Positions 26,921 through 38,962 of a DNA stretch of 64,000 bases are shown here, piece after piece. Made by a program: the position numbers and the translations under genes. The DNA is from Octopus vulgaris (lineage: Eukaryota). The notes beneath the pieces were generated by a model that saw only the letters and a list, made by a program, of their open reading frames with translations, searched no databases and had not been told where the DNA came from. Positions within the stretch are counted from its first letter, which is position 1; each line of letters starts with the position of its first letter. The DNA lies in assembly GCA_951406725.2 (NCBI GenBank), contig OX597820.1, positions 63,612,001 to 63,676,000 of the forward strand, given 5' to 3'.

Positions 26921-28167
26921 AAATTACTGTTCTTTCCGCAACTTCTTTCAGAACTTCTTGGGGGGAGGACACCTTCACTTCGTTTCTCCCCTTTCAAGCA
27001 TTGCCTTATACTTGCATACATCTCCCAGCCTTATATCTTCATATTTTTCTTCAGGCACTCTACCATTTCTTCCTTCGATGAAACATAGTCTGAGGCCAGG
27101 CAGCTGCAAAAGTTTGACACAGAATAACTCAAACTATCACACCTCTTCACTCGACGCCCCTCCATCACGTGAGAGGAAAAACCTGGTACAGCAAAAAAAA
27201 TCAAACAAACAAACATGTCTGTCTCGTACAAAATGAAAAAAAGCAAGTAAACTTTATGATACCGGAAGCAGGCTTCTTACCACAGAGTCACGCTTGCGCC
27301 TATTCACACACACACACAGACACACACACATATATGTTCATATATATATATTATTATTATTGTTGTTGTTATTATTATAATTATTATTATATAAGAAGAC
27401 ATTGCAAATTAGGGATGTAAATTGTATTAATGCTCCCTTCTAGTTGAGATGAACTGAAATGGTTTTTCAGTGCCTTACTTTAAAAATGTTCTCAAATAAT
27501 GCTATTTTCCGAGCTTTCATAAACACCCTATCCTTATTAATGTCTTCTCAGTTGTTGAAATTGTTATTTAGCCGGATTGGAGTGAGCATATATATGAACG
27601 AAAGCATTCCAGGCTTTGCCATCCGAGCATGTTTTTTTTTTTCAGACATAGCGTACCTAGAACTCCATTTTCCAGTGTGTAGGTTATTGTTTTTAGATGT
27701 ACTGTGATATGATATGATGCAAATTTGGATAATATTTCCCGCAGGTGAAGTAGCCCCATCAAGGACAACACTTTAGATAGTGTACGTAACATCTCGTTTA
27801 CTATTGACTTGTCATTTGGAAAAATGAAAAGAAGAATGAAATATTCTTGTTCATGCAGCATGACTTCATTTACAAACGTGAAATAATCCCCAAACAAGAG
27901 CCTCGTGACAATACATGCCATTAGATTTCGAAAGACATTATTGCATAACTAGATTATTAGCTATAAAATATATTTAATCTTAGGGTAGAAAACATTGCAT
28001 TTATGAAAATTAGCTTGTGTTCTCTTGTTTATATATTTTAAAAGCCACTAGAGGTATATTAGTGTCTACTAATTGAGCGGACCAACTCGTTTCGAATCAC
28101 CTTATACAATACAGAGATGTTACAGTATATTTATTTATTAAAGGAACCTTAGAGATATTGTTCATGG

Positions 28168-28278
28168 CCATATTCATAATCCTAATCACATATTCATAAG
28201 CTCGTATTCAATCTCATTTTCATAGTCACAATCTCATATTCAACAGAATCTCATATCATCGCAATCTCATATTCATAA
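28168..28278. repeat. Degenerate CATATT/CATAAT hexamer minisatellite
   Basis: Repeated catattcataat, ctcatattca and caatctcat motifs. Confidence 0.65.
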
Positions 28279-28396
28279 TTAATCGGCATTATATCATTCA
28301 CTTTTCACAATGTGAAAAACTAGCCCTTTGTTTTGGGCAATTTAACATAAGAAGGGAATACTGGAATATGAGTACTAAATGAGCACAGCTTCGTCA

Positions 28397-28496
28397 NNNN
28401 NNNNNNNNNNNNNNNNNNNNNNNNNNNNNNNNNNNNNNNNNNNNNNNNNNNNNNNNNNNNNNNNNNNNNNNNNNNNNNNNNNNNNNNNNNNNNNNN
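28397..28496. other. Assembly gap (100 N)
   Basis: Run of exactly 100 N, a conventional gap placeholder. Confidence 0.99.
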
Positions 28497-29938
28497 TAAA
28501 TAAAACATATTGTGACTGAATTGAAATATAATGAATAATCCTTTTACATTCTATTCAGAAATGTAAACCATTTGTAGTTCATTTAAAAAAACAGTAAAAA
28601 CTGAGATGTACACATTTTACTATTCATCTGTTGTAGTTATATATAAAGTACATCTCTGCATGACCAATCGTAGGCTAAAAAATATTTCCAAATGTAACAG
28701 TCGACCATTTATTTTTTATCAGAGGCAACATAATCCATGTGACATACCATTTCATACAGTCGGTGATAGTTTGTTTTGGATGAACATCACTTAAATTTCT
28801 TTCGTGTAGGGAAATTCTGTAGAGTCTCCGTTATTTACTTATCTTTACCTGTCACGTTCCTCGGCATAAAAATAAGATTCGTTATATCGTATGACTTCAA
28901 ATGGTTTTCGTGAAGATCCCTTTTCTTATTCTTTGCCACTGATGACAAAAAGTTTACGTTCGGCGAGTCGAAATTTTAAATACTTCACTACTCTTACTAT
29001 TGGTGTTTCATACTTTAGTTTTTTTGAAAATGCTTACACAAACTTTTTAAATCATATATTGCAACGAAAATTTTTTTTTAACATCCATCTCTTCAAAAGC
29101 GTGGTGTGTCACTGTGACATGCGAGACATAAGATTGACAACAATGTTCTGAAGTATATCGTTTCAGGAATATTATAAGTTACAGATAATATAATTTCTCT
29201 TCACAATAATGTGAGTCTGAAATCTGACAGCGATTAAAATAAAAACATGCCTTTGAATCTGAAGCTTTGTAAATAGCATTTTCAAAGATGAATACTATGC
29301 AGAAAGCTTTATATAGTCTTGGCAGAGAAACGTATTCAATGGGCTGCTTAAACAAGACCACCTGGGTCTTAGTTATATTGAGTTGGTTCTACGTTATTGC
29401 AAGCAATTGGATCAAGAATTAAGATGTATGAATACAATCTTTCATTGTTTCCAACATTATTAGAATGTAACTTGTCATTCGTACAGGTGTTTCTCTTCTG
29501 AGTAAATCTTTAGCATTCAAGTGCCTAAGTCGCGAACATATTAGCAGCATTAGGTGCAGAACAAAACGCAGAAATAGATTTGTTGGGCCGAGCAACAATT
29601 GGCTCTGCACGTAAGTCACACCTCACCACACTGCCAAGAGAAACACACATTCACACTCACACTCACTCGCCCGCATTGTAACACAAAGGCAAGCACACAT
29701 ATATAATTTATATAATCAAAAATGTTTGCATTTGGGTTCCTGCATTTTACAAGGATCACCTTTCCGAAAACTGAGTAAAGTTTGTTAAGTACAAATACCG
29801 CCTTTTTTCTGAGTCCCTTTTCTATATACACACACGCTCACATACATACATACATACATACATACATACATACATACATACATACATACACACATACATG
29901 CACATATATATATATATATATATATATGTATATGTATG

Positions 29939-29987
<49 letters not shown>

Positions 29988-29992
<5 letters not shown>

Positions 29993-30140
29993 TAAATATA
30001 AAGGTAGCAAAAGATTCTAGAAAAAATTCTCCGCTACCAGCGGTCCAGTGACAAAGGCAAGATAGTCAAAGACTACATAATATACATTATGTAGCGGAGA
30101 ATTTTTTCTAGAATTTTTTGCTACCCTTATATTTATTAAT
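29988..30140. repeat. 50-bp inverted repeat at the 5' side of a hammerhead-bearing element (family B)
   Basis: attaataaatataaaggtagcaaaagattctagaaaaaattctccgctac (29988-30037) versus gtagcggagaattttttctagaattttttgctacccttatatttattaat (30091-30140); it abuts a (TA)n tract. Confidence 0.85.
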
Positions 30141-30291
30141 TAATTATTTTTTGGCTAATTTTGAAATTAAATCAGCAGTTTGTATTTACAGCTGAGAAGA
30201 CCGCGCGATTGCGGTAGATTTTGAAAATTTATAGCATATAGACTTGAGACTTCCTTACCACCGCCTCGTGGATATATATTCGTCCTTGGCT

Positions 30292-30386
30292 TCTCTGCTG
30301 ACGAGGCACGCCAGTTGTAAATAAATTTAATTTAATTTAATTAATTTGTTTACTAAAGTTTGCCGAAACTATGCATAGTCCAGAGA
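30292..30386 (+). ncRNA. Type I hammerhead ribozyme with intact core (predicted cleavage after C30380)
   Basis: Stem I TCTCTG/CAGAGA; core CTGACGA (30298-30304); stem II GGCA/TGCC extended by GTAAATAAATT/AATTTGTTTAC; GAAA (30365-30368); palindromic stem III CTATGCATAG; GTC cleavage triplet. Confidence 0.88.
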
Positions 30387-31224
30387 TGAAAGGGTAAACG
30401 TTTTATTTCTCTTTCAATTTCAGAATTACAACTATTAGCGGTTTGACTTTGGCTGCTCTTTCTAGTGAGTCGAATGTCCTATTAAGGCCATTCCTTATAT
30501 TTCTGAATATATATATTCTTATATATATACACACATATATATATATTTATATATATACATACATATACACATGTATGTATGTGTGGTGGGGGTGCATTGA
30601 CTACAGGTAATTATTTTAGAGAAAATAGAACAATACGAACATTTAACTTTTACCACACTGCTTTTTTTTCTAGAATTGTTTCCACTGCTACCACCCTGGT
30701 ATTAAAAGGGAGAAAAGTCAGACAGTGGCATTGATGCACCTACAGTGTGCTAAAGGTTGAGGAAGGAACGATTCACATATTTATACTGACTAAAATTTAT
30801 TTCAGAATTAATTTTCATTTACTACATCCAACTGATGTAATCGGTTCGATGAGTTTTTAGCTACGACTTCTATCGGAAGAAGCTTTTCACTAAAACTATA
30901 TCAAATAGTGAATACCTCTCACTACTAGTATGCGAGTACACGTTAAATATAAATGTAGACTTCTTTAGTTGGAGTCTCACTACTGCATTTCATGTTTTAT
31001 AGTATAAAAGAACAAACGTCCACGCGTGCTTGTGAATATCGGAAGGGTTACGAGTCAGAAATATGCAGCAATAATATCGAGGTGCTCTGTTTGGTACTCC
31101 ACCGACATAATTATGGGCTCCGCTGTTTTAATCCTCGCAGCATTTTGGGCTTATAGAATAAAGACACACACAGATACACACACATACACACATTTTCCTA
31201 TGCATGTATCCACCGGGATATATA

Positions 31225-31269
<45 letters not shown>

Positions 31270-31692
31270 ACATATATATGTTATATACATATATCTGTAT
31301 GTATGTGCGTATACATATACAAACACATATTTACATCAGCTGACTGGTTGTGTATATATAAATATATAAGTATGTGTGTGTATGCTTGCATGTATGTTTA
31401 TATATATGTATATATGTTTATATATAAATAATTTACAAGATAATGGCAACAGAAAAATTCGAATGCCAAATATGCCGAAAAAAAGACAAGAATCGTCAAT
31501 AACCATTATAATTTATGCGTCTCGAAACAAACCCATAGAAATTTCTAAAATATATATAGAAATTTCTGAAATATATATATATATATATAAAGGGAGAAAG
31601 AAGGATAGATAAATTGATAAATATATATATAAATATATAAATGTATGCGGATTGACATACACACACACACTTATACCCGAGCGTACTCGCTA

Positions 31693-31784
<92 letters not shown>

Positions 31785-32759
31785 CATTACAGGCACACTC
31801 AGATTGCAACTGACATCAGTTCGTCTCGATTTCTCAAAATCCAAACTTCTCTGTCCTACGCGTATTTGTTTATATATTCATACATGCCGTCAAGCATAAC
31901 TATATATGTGTGTACGTGTGTGTATATGTATATCAATGTGTGTCTGTGTGTCTGTGTATACATACACACACGGAAACACCACATACACACACATATATAC
32001 ACTTCTATATTATTGAATGCATGTGTGTATAAATATATAAACATATATATGTGTGTGTGTATGTGTAAATTCTCATATATAGTAAATGTATAAATATATA
32101 CATATACAGGCATAATTTGTACATCTATATGTATGTATGAATACACATACACACACGTGTGTGTGTACTGTGCTGTGAGAGCGAATGATATAAATTTTTT
32201 TGAAAAATATGTTCTGGTAACTGAGAATGAAAAATTAATGACAAACGAAACCGATGGAATGGAAGGAAAGATTTTATCAACCATACGAGGATATTTTGAT
32301 TCTGATATGATATGCCAAAGATAAAGATGGTAAGTTGAGATATTCGGAATACATGAACTCCAGGAATATGTTGCGTGGTGTGTATATATAACATTACTAT
32401 AGCATAAATGATACACAAGAGAAAAAGAAAATCATTCCAGAACCTACTAGAGAAAGCAACCAAATCTCCCTCCAATAACGTGAAGGAACGACAGTGAATG
32501 AGATTGTCCTGATACATTAATTTAGAAGTATACAGGTGGTCGTACATGAAATGCGTTAGAACGAATATAAAGGGATCGATAAGACGAATATAATGGGTTG
32601 TGATAGGAGGAATGTTATGGGTTATGGACTAAGCAGTGCCTCAAGGTTGGTGTAAACAAGTTTAGACTTACAAGGCAAGTCTAAGAGGCTACACAGTCGA
32701 GCGAAATGATAGAAATAAAATTGAAATATATCTCAATTAATCTCGTCTTTGACAAAACA

Positions 32760-33314
32760 TTGGGTTGTCCGGAAAGTTCGTGCCTATTTTTAAAGGAAAG
32801 AAAAAGGTCAATAAATATTTGCCATTACACTTTTAATCAACCATTTTGTTACACAATGCGTCTCCATCTTTCCTTTAACTTGAAAATACCCTCTTCCCAG
32901 AATTGAGGTGGTTTCATGGCAAAGAATTCATGAAGGTATCTTTTTACGTCACCCAAGTTATTGAAATTTTTACCATTAAAACTATTTTGGAGAGACTTGA
33001 ATAAGTGGAAATCCGAAGGAGCAATGTCTGGTGAATATGGTGGGTGGGGTAACACATCCCAGCCGAGCTGCAGCAATTTTTGTCTGGTTCCCAAAGCATC
33101 AAGTGCCGAAAATGAACTTTATTATCTTCCATTTTAAGTGGCTACAGAATTAACACATATTAAAGGAACATAAACCTTCTTTCACGAAAAAATAGCTTAA
33201 ACTGTTCTCTAAATGGAGGTGTAGTCAAATCCTATTTTATGGACTCAACCATGTTCTAAAATACGTCGAAAGGTAATCTGTTATAAATCGGTACCAACTT
33301 TCCAGACAACTCAA
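32760..33314 (-). mobile_element. Internally deleted mariner (non-autonomous derivative)
   Basis: TIRs ttgggttgtccggaaagttcgtgcctattt / aaatcggtaccaactttccagacaactcaa. The transposase N-terminus MEDNKVHFRHLML is joined directly to the C-terminal TRQKLLQLGWDVLPHPPYSPDIAPSDFHLFKSLQN. Confidence 0.92.
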
Positions 33315-33639
33315 TATATTGAGTAATGTTATCTTTGTACGAAAATTACTAGGCGATTATATTTTGATCGACGCCGTTCATATTTCTGAAGCAGTCACAG
33401 CAAACTGAAAAAATAAAAAGCCTCTACAACAGGATTTCCTACTAGTAATATTTGATTCTGGTAGAAGTTGATTAGAGCATTGAACGATGTAAATTTAGCT
33501 ACACTCATTCGGGAGGAAAAGAAATTCAAGGTGGAATTTTTTTGCAACAGAGTTAATATTATTTTTACTGGACCATAATAACAAACGTATTGATTTCAAA
33601 TTTTCGCCCGACGCCAGAAGTTTTAGGAGAGAAGATATT

Positions 33640-34030
33640 CTTTTCTACTCTAGGTACAATGCCAGAAATTTTGTGGGGAGGGAACCAGTCGATTAGATGG
33701 ACCCCGGTACGCAACTGGTACTTACTTTATCGACCCCGAATGGATGAATGGCAAAGTCGACCTCGGCGGAATTTGAACCCAGAACGTAAAGACAGACGAA
33801 ATACTGCTAAGAAATTCGCTCGGTGTGCTAACGATTCTGCGAGCTCATTGTCTTCTGGAGAGAGGATATCCAGTAATATCGACCTCAGGTCATGACTGGT
33901 ACTTATTTCATCGACTCCGAAAGGACTACAAGCACAGTCGACGTCGGCAGAATTTGAACTCAGAGATAAGTCACAGGCGGATTTTCGCTACGAATTTGAC
34001 TCGGCGTGTAACGATTCTGTCATCTTACAG
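33640..34030 (-). mobile_element. Two adjacent copies of SINE family 2
   Basis: actggtacttactttatcgaccccgaatggatgaatggcaaagtcgacctcggcggaatttgaac (about 33714-33778) and a second degenerate copy (about 33895-33960). Confidence 0.8.
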
Positions 34031-34539
34031 GCTTAACAAAGGCAATAATAATAACAACAGCTTACATTCTTCCATCTTTTACTTGCTTCGATCATTGGAT
34101 TAAGGACACGCTGGAACACCGCTTGAATAGATTTCATCAAACAAATTGACACCGGTACGTTTCTATTCTTTCTTCCTCCCTTTTTTTCTAAAGTCTGTTA
34201 TTTATACTATGAAACACTTGTGCCGAAGTCGTCTTTGCTTTTCATCCTTTCGGGGTCGATAAATCAAATACTAGTTGCGTACTGGGTACATGTAATCGAC
34301 TGGATTATTCCTCAAAATTTCGGGCCTTGTGCCTAGAGTAGAAAAGAATATCGTCTTTCATGAAATTTCTGGCCACGTGCGTAAATTTGAAATCATTGCG
34401 TTCGGTATTATGGTCAGACACAAATAATATTAACTCTGTTGCAAAACTTTCCATCCTGACGGGTGAGACAAACACATACACAAAGAAACACACATATACA
34501 TATATGCATCAGTACATGCACGCACACATACGTTCATTC

Positions 34540-34820
34540 ATTAGCTGCCCAGCTAAAATTAACAAAGTTGAAGATCAGTGAAAAAAAGAACATCCATGCT
34601 GGACTATTGAGAAATCTATTGGTACTCTCTCCAGATTACAAGTTCAGATTCATACCTGTAATTACTAGGCCCTGGCATATGTAACACACTGCCTAAATAC
34701 CAATCTTGAGAAATTAGGCTTCTCAAAGCCAAGAAGGAGAAAGCTAATTTGAAGACTACAGATCCAATCTATCACTGGAACTCTAAATATCTGTAATACT
34801 TTCCAGAGGTTTATCATTTA
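34540..34820 (+). mobile_element. 3' end of a restriction-like-endonuclease LINE (R4/Dong-type)
   Basis: ISCPA...KLKISEKKNIHAGLLRNLLVLSPDYKFRFIPVI...ALAYVTHCLNTNLEKLGFSK...LQIQSITGTLNICNTF, the REL C-terminal pattern. Frameshifted. Confidence 0.65.
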
Positions 34821-35701
34821 AATATATATGAGCATGTCTAGATATGCAGATCTGTGTATGAGAATACATACATAAAACATAAAAAACTGCGCATACATAC
34901 ATACATACATACATACATTCAAACATACATATATACATACATACATACATACGAGCGTACATACATACATACATACATACATACATACATACAAAAATAA
35001 CCCGTTGTTAATGTTGAAATTCCAATGAGGATACAAACGGGTTCTTACTCTATTGGATACAAACGCGTTCTTTCTCTATTGGCAAAAAATCATGAAATAA
35101 ACTGAATAATGGCATACATACATACCAACATTTAGTTATATTTCATGTCCCCAGACACTTTTCACCTACCATTTACTCTCTCAAGGCGTATGTCGACTTG
35201 CAGCTATGGAAGAAGACAATTGTACCAGGTGTCGCGAAGTAGTACTGAAGCTAAAGGCACTTGGATACAAAGTTAGGGTTAATATAGCCATGCTTACACC
35301 AAATATTTTTCGGTAAACAGTCTTAGAAGGCACTAAATTTAAGAAAACCTATTGCCGAATTTAAGATTTGCAGAAAATAAATGGGTATCATTAGAGTAGA
35401 AGCACAAAATAAACCCCTTTTCTTTAAGTTGCCACAAGTACGAAGAGTATTTAATATTAGTCTTAGGCGCTTCTATTGATGCATTCTAATTTGCTCCTGT
35501 AATTCTCCGCGATGTGTTTTATGGTTTTCATATGCTCCTAAGTACATGTTATTTTAATTCCCAAGTTTAATTAATTTGATAATCTAATTCATCTAATCTA
35601 ATTCTAATTTTCATATCTAGCTGGAATCATCATCATCATCACCACCATCATCACCATGTCGTCATCATCATCATCATTAACATCATCAACATCATCATTA
35701 T

Positions 35702-36051
35702 TGCCTTTGCACAGCTTCTAACACTGGAGGTGTACTCCGGTGTCAGCTGTTCCCTACCAGTGAAGTAAGGTAACACCTCTTACTTTTCGAGGAACTTCCG
35801 GAGTATTCGCGCGGTTTCAAGCAGTGCTGCTTTCTGCAAGTGCTCAGGCCTTATTGTAGCCCCTATTTGTTCCAAGTACTTCTCGAGGCTTTTACTCACT
35901 AGTCCCAGGGCTCCGACAATTATTTGTACCCCCACTAAGTTTTCATCGACTATGACTGCTTTACCTCCCAAGCTAACCCGTCATACCTATCGACTTTTCT
36001 TTCTTCCTAATCACATATCTTTTTGTCAGCTGGGCATGCTATATCGATGAC
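35702..36051 (-). mobile_element. 3' end of an R4/Dong-clade LINE inserted at a (TAA)n microsatellite
   Basis: VIDIACPADKKICD*EERKVDRYDGLAWEVK...IIVGALGLVSKSLEKYLEQIG...LQKAALLETARILRKFLEK followed by a short 3' UTR. The 5' junction abuts (TTA)n and the 3' junction abuts catcattattg. Confidence 0.82.
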
Positions 36052-36123
<72 letters not shown>

Positions 36124-36143
36124 CATCATCATCATCGTCATCA
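36052..36143. repeat. (TTA)n then (TCA)n microsatellite
   Basis: Directly visible trinucleotide tract. Confidence 0.95.
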
Positions 36144-36228
36144 TTACAATTAAAATACACACATACATATGTTTCTACATGCACACACAAACACATATAG
36201 GTATGCATGTATACATATGTATATACAT

Positions 36229-36269
<41 letters not shown>

Positions 36270-36299
36270 AAACACATACACACACGCACACACATACGC

Positions 36300-36330
<31 letters not shown>

Positions 36331-36334
36331 CATA

Positions 36335-36506
36335 CTGCCGATTTCTTCTCTTTCTTTGGACTTTTCCCTCTCTCCTTTCCGACGAAAGTGCTGCTGCACT
36401 CGAAACGTTAATCTCTCTCCTTTCAGCAAGCGTCATGATATATTTCTTGTCCACGCCCTCACGGTGTTTTTTTGCTGTTTTCTCGCTTTTTTATTTGAAT
36501 CGACTG
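36335..36506 (+). mobile_element. Penelope pseudo-LTR / retrozyme-like fragment (family A) inserted in (TA)n
   Basis: Colinear with the reverse complement of 6928-7132, flanked by TA repeats, and contains a hammerhead-like motif. Confidence 0.6.
36376..36412 (+). ncRNA. Minimal hammerhead-like motif with CCGACGA core
   Basis: TTT-CCGACGA-A AGTGC tgct GCACT C-GAAA-CGT-TA-AT: perfect 5-bp stem II and palindromic ACGT stem III, but stem I is weak and the core carries U4C. Confidence 0.5.
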
Positions 36507-36649
36507 CATATATATATACATAGATACATTCATACCTACTTTTATCTATCTTAGTGTGTTGATAAGTAACTATTAAATATATAATACATGCACTGACACA
36601 CAAGAACATATGCATTAAGTTTACAGCTAATGCAATCAATGTAGTAAGT

Positions 36650-36925
36650 ACATTTTCCAGATGTATATCACCGCATATCTCTCCCGCCTTCGCTCTAAGG
36701 AGAAGAGTTTTAATACTTTCAGTTTTTGCCACTAGTTGATATGTTGCATGGAGTCGATCTTCTTGGTGTAGCTTCTTTGAATTGTTTCGAGTTCTGCTGT
36801 TAGCTTTATATTGTGTGGTGATCATAGTTGGGAGCAGTAGTCCAAGCGGCTGAGGACGAAATTTTTCCACAGTACCATCGGTGTCTCCTTCTGTCTTGTT
36901 CTGAAAGTTCGTAGCATCCATCGTA
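36650..36925 (-). mobile_element. CR1-like LINE ORF2 fragment
   Basis: WMLRTFRTRQKETPMVLWKNFVLSRLDYCSQL*SPHNIKLTAELETIQRSYTKKIDSMQHIN*WQKLKVLKLFSLERRRERYAVIYIWK, homologous to the ORF at 60257-61018. Confidence 0.85.
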
Positions 36926-37393
36926 GCATCCAGTGTGAATTCCTGGGCATGGCATTCCCATAGATGTTGCTTCACGGACGTGTCTGCCACATCGGCAACA
37001 TTCGTTAATATCTTGGAAATGTCGTCATAACCTTGATGACATAAGGATCAAGGCAGTTTGTTTAGCTTTCTCGCCTATATAGAATAATGTAATGATACTC
37101 AGGCTCCGAACTTCTGCGACATTTACCGATGTTGCGTGACGAAGGCGGGAAATGAAAATGATAAAGACGCCATTTTACGTTAAAGTACGAGGAAAATTAT
37201 ATAAAACGATCTGAGTGATAAAATTATGAAAGAATTATATAAACGTATATATACATGATAAATGGTATATCCATGTGTTTGCTTGTGAGCTGATACGTAT
37301 ACACACGCACACACACACACACATACACACACACACGCACGTATATACATATATAAATATATAAACACATACATGCACACACACACATACATA

Positions 37394-37427
<34 letters not shown>

Positions 37428-37894
37428 TATACACATATATATACACATTCACACAAGCACACACACGCATTCACACACACAAAGAAAACGAACACAGATA
37501 TATATTTAATGAAAAAACAGATAACTGCCTGCCAATGCAATAATAACAGTAATAAGCATAATAGCTGTAAAATAGGAAAAGAAATAAAAAAAGAGAAAAA
37601 AGAAACAAAAAGTAAACCACAGATAACCTTATCAAAAAACAACAACAAGAACAAGAAAGGCTAAGGATACGACGGCAGCATTAAGAGAAAAAAGAACCCC
37701 ACATTTTTATACAAGATATACCAACGGAATTTGCTTCTGCACTGCAGATGTCTACAGTTTAAATATGTGTAACTACATTATCAGTTATATATATATATGT
37801 ATACATATAAGTAAATATCCATATGTATGATATATCTAACCTGTAATTCAATGTCCTGTAATATAATAAATGGGTGCGTATGTATCGATGTGTG

Positions 37895-37926
<32 letters not shown>

Positions 37927-37990
37927 AATATATATATATATATGTATAGATAGATGCATATATATATACATATATATATATGTATAGATA

Positions 37991-38061
<71 letters not shown>

Positions 38062-38157
38062 AGATAGATGCATATGTATATATATATATATATATGAAAT
38101 ATATATAATTTGCTATTTTCTTTATATATATATATATGAGTATATACACATGAAATG

Positions 38158-38199
<42 letters not shown>

Positions 38200-38393
38200 C
38201 AATATAATTCTCTAAAAGAGATATAGACAGTAACTGCTCGATAACATAAGGGACTAAAGCCATATATGGCTAGGGACAGGGCAGGGTGGTGGGGGTGTTA
38301 CTGTTGCATTTAGCCCCAGGCGAACATCGATCACCAGAAAGGCTCGACACCGTCACGGTGCCCTTAACCTGCAAAGGGAGGTAATTCCCCGAT

Positions 38394-38467
38394 GAAGCGG
38401 AAACCACACACGGACCATGGTTTCAAGGTGTATTGCCTATCGTCGGCGTGTGGTAGGCTTCCGCTTC
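38394..38467 (-). ncRNA. Type I hammerhead ribozyme (antisense copy), CCGACGA core
   Basis: Exact reverse complement of 38741-38814. Confidence 0.72.
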
Positions 38468-38740
38468 CTCGACGAATTCTCAAAGGGCACCGTGACGGTG
38501 TCGAGCCTTTCTGGTGACGTCGATGTTCGCCTGGGGCTAAATGCAACAGTAACACCCCCACCACCCTGCCCTGTCCCTAGCCATATTCAGATGGCTTTAG
38601 TCCCTTATGTTATCGAGCAGTTACTGTCTATATCTCTTTTAGAGAATTATTATTGCTTTCGAACAGATTTTCGAAATCAGCAAATGTATTTTGCTTGAAA
38701 ATCTATATATGAATATCCTGCAGAGTGAGAATTCGTCGAG

Positions 38741-38814
38741 GAAGCGGAAGCCTACCACACGCCGACGATAGGCAATACACCTTGAAACCATGGTCCGTGT
38801 GTGGTTTCCGCTTC
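38741..38814 (+). ncRNA. Type I hammerhead ribozyme, CCGACGA core (predicted cleavage after C38795)
   Basis: Stem I CACACG/CGTGTG extended by GAAGCGGAA/TTCCGCTTC; core CCGACGA (38762-38768); stem II tAGG caataca CCTt; GAAA (38784-38787); palindromic stem III CCATGG; GTC triplet. Confidence 0.75.
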
Positions 38815-38962
38815 ATCGGGGAATTACCTCCCTTTGCAGGTTAAGGGCACCGTGACGGTGTCGAGCCTTTCTATGATCGATGTTCGCCTGGGGCTAAATG
38901 CAATAGTAACACCCCCACCACCCTGCCCTGTCCCTAGCCATATTCAGATGGCTTTAGTCCCT

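Noticed and set aside
27459-27921. Overlapping ORFs near the gap
   Set aside because: No recognisable motifs or clear splice structure; cannot be supported as exons.
28935-28985. ctgatga...gtcgaaatttta hammerhead-like spacing
   Set aside because: Stem I and stem II cannot be paired in register with the core; likely chance.
36433-36990. 185-aa minus-strand ORF as a host gene
   Set aside because: It is an alternative frame of a CR1-like LINE fragment.
38364-38698. Short ORFs in the 360-bp repeat
   Set aside because: No recognisable domain; they arise from the GC-richer repeat and run into microsatellite.
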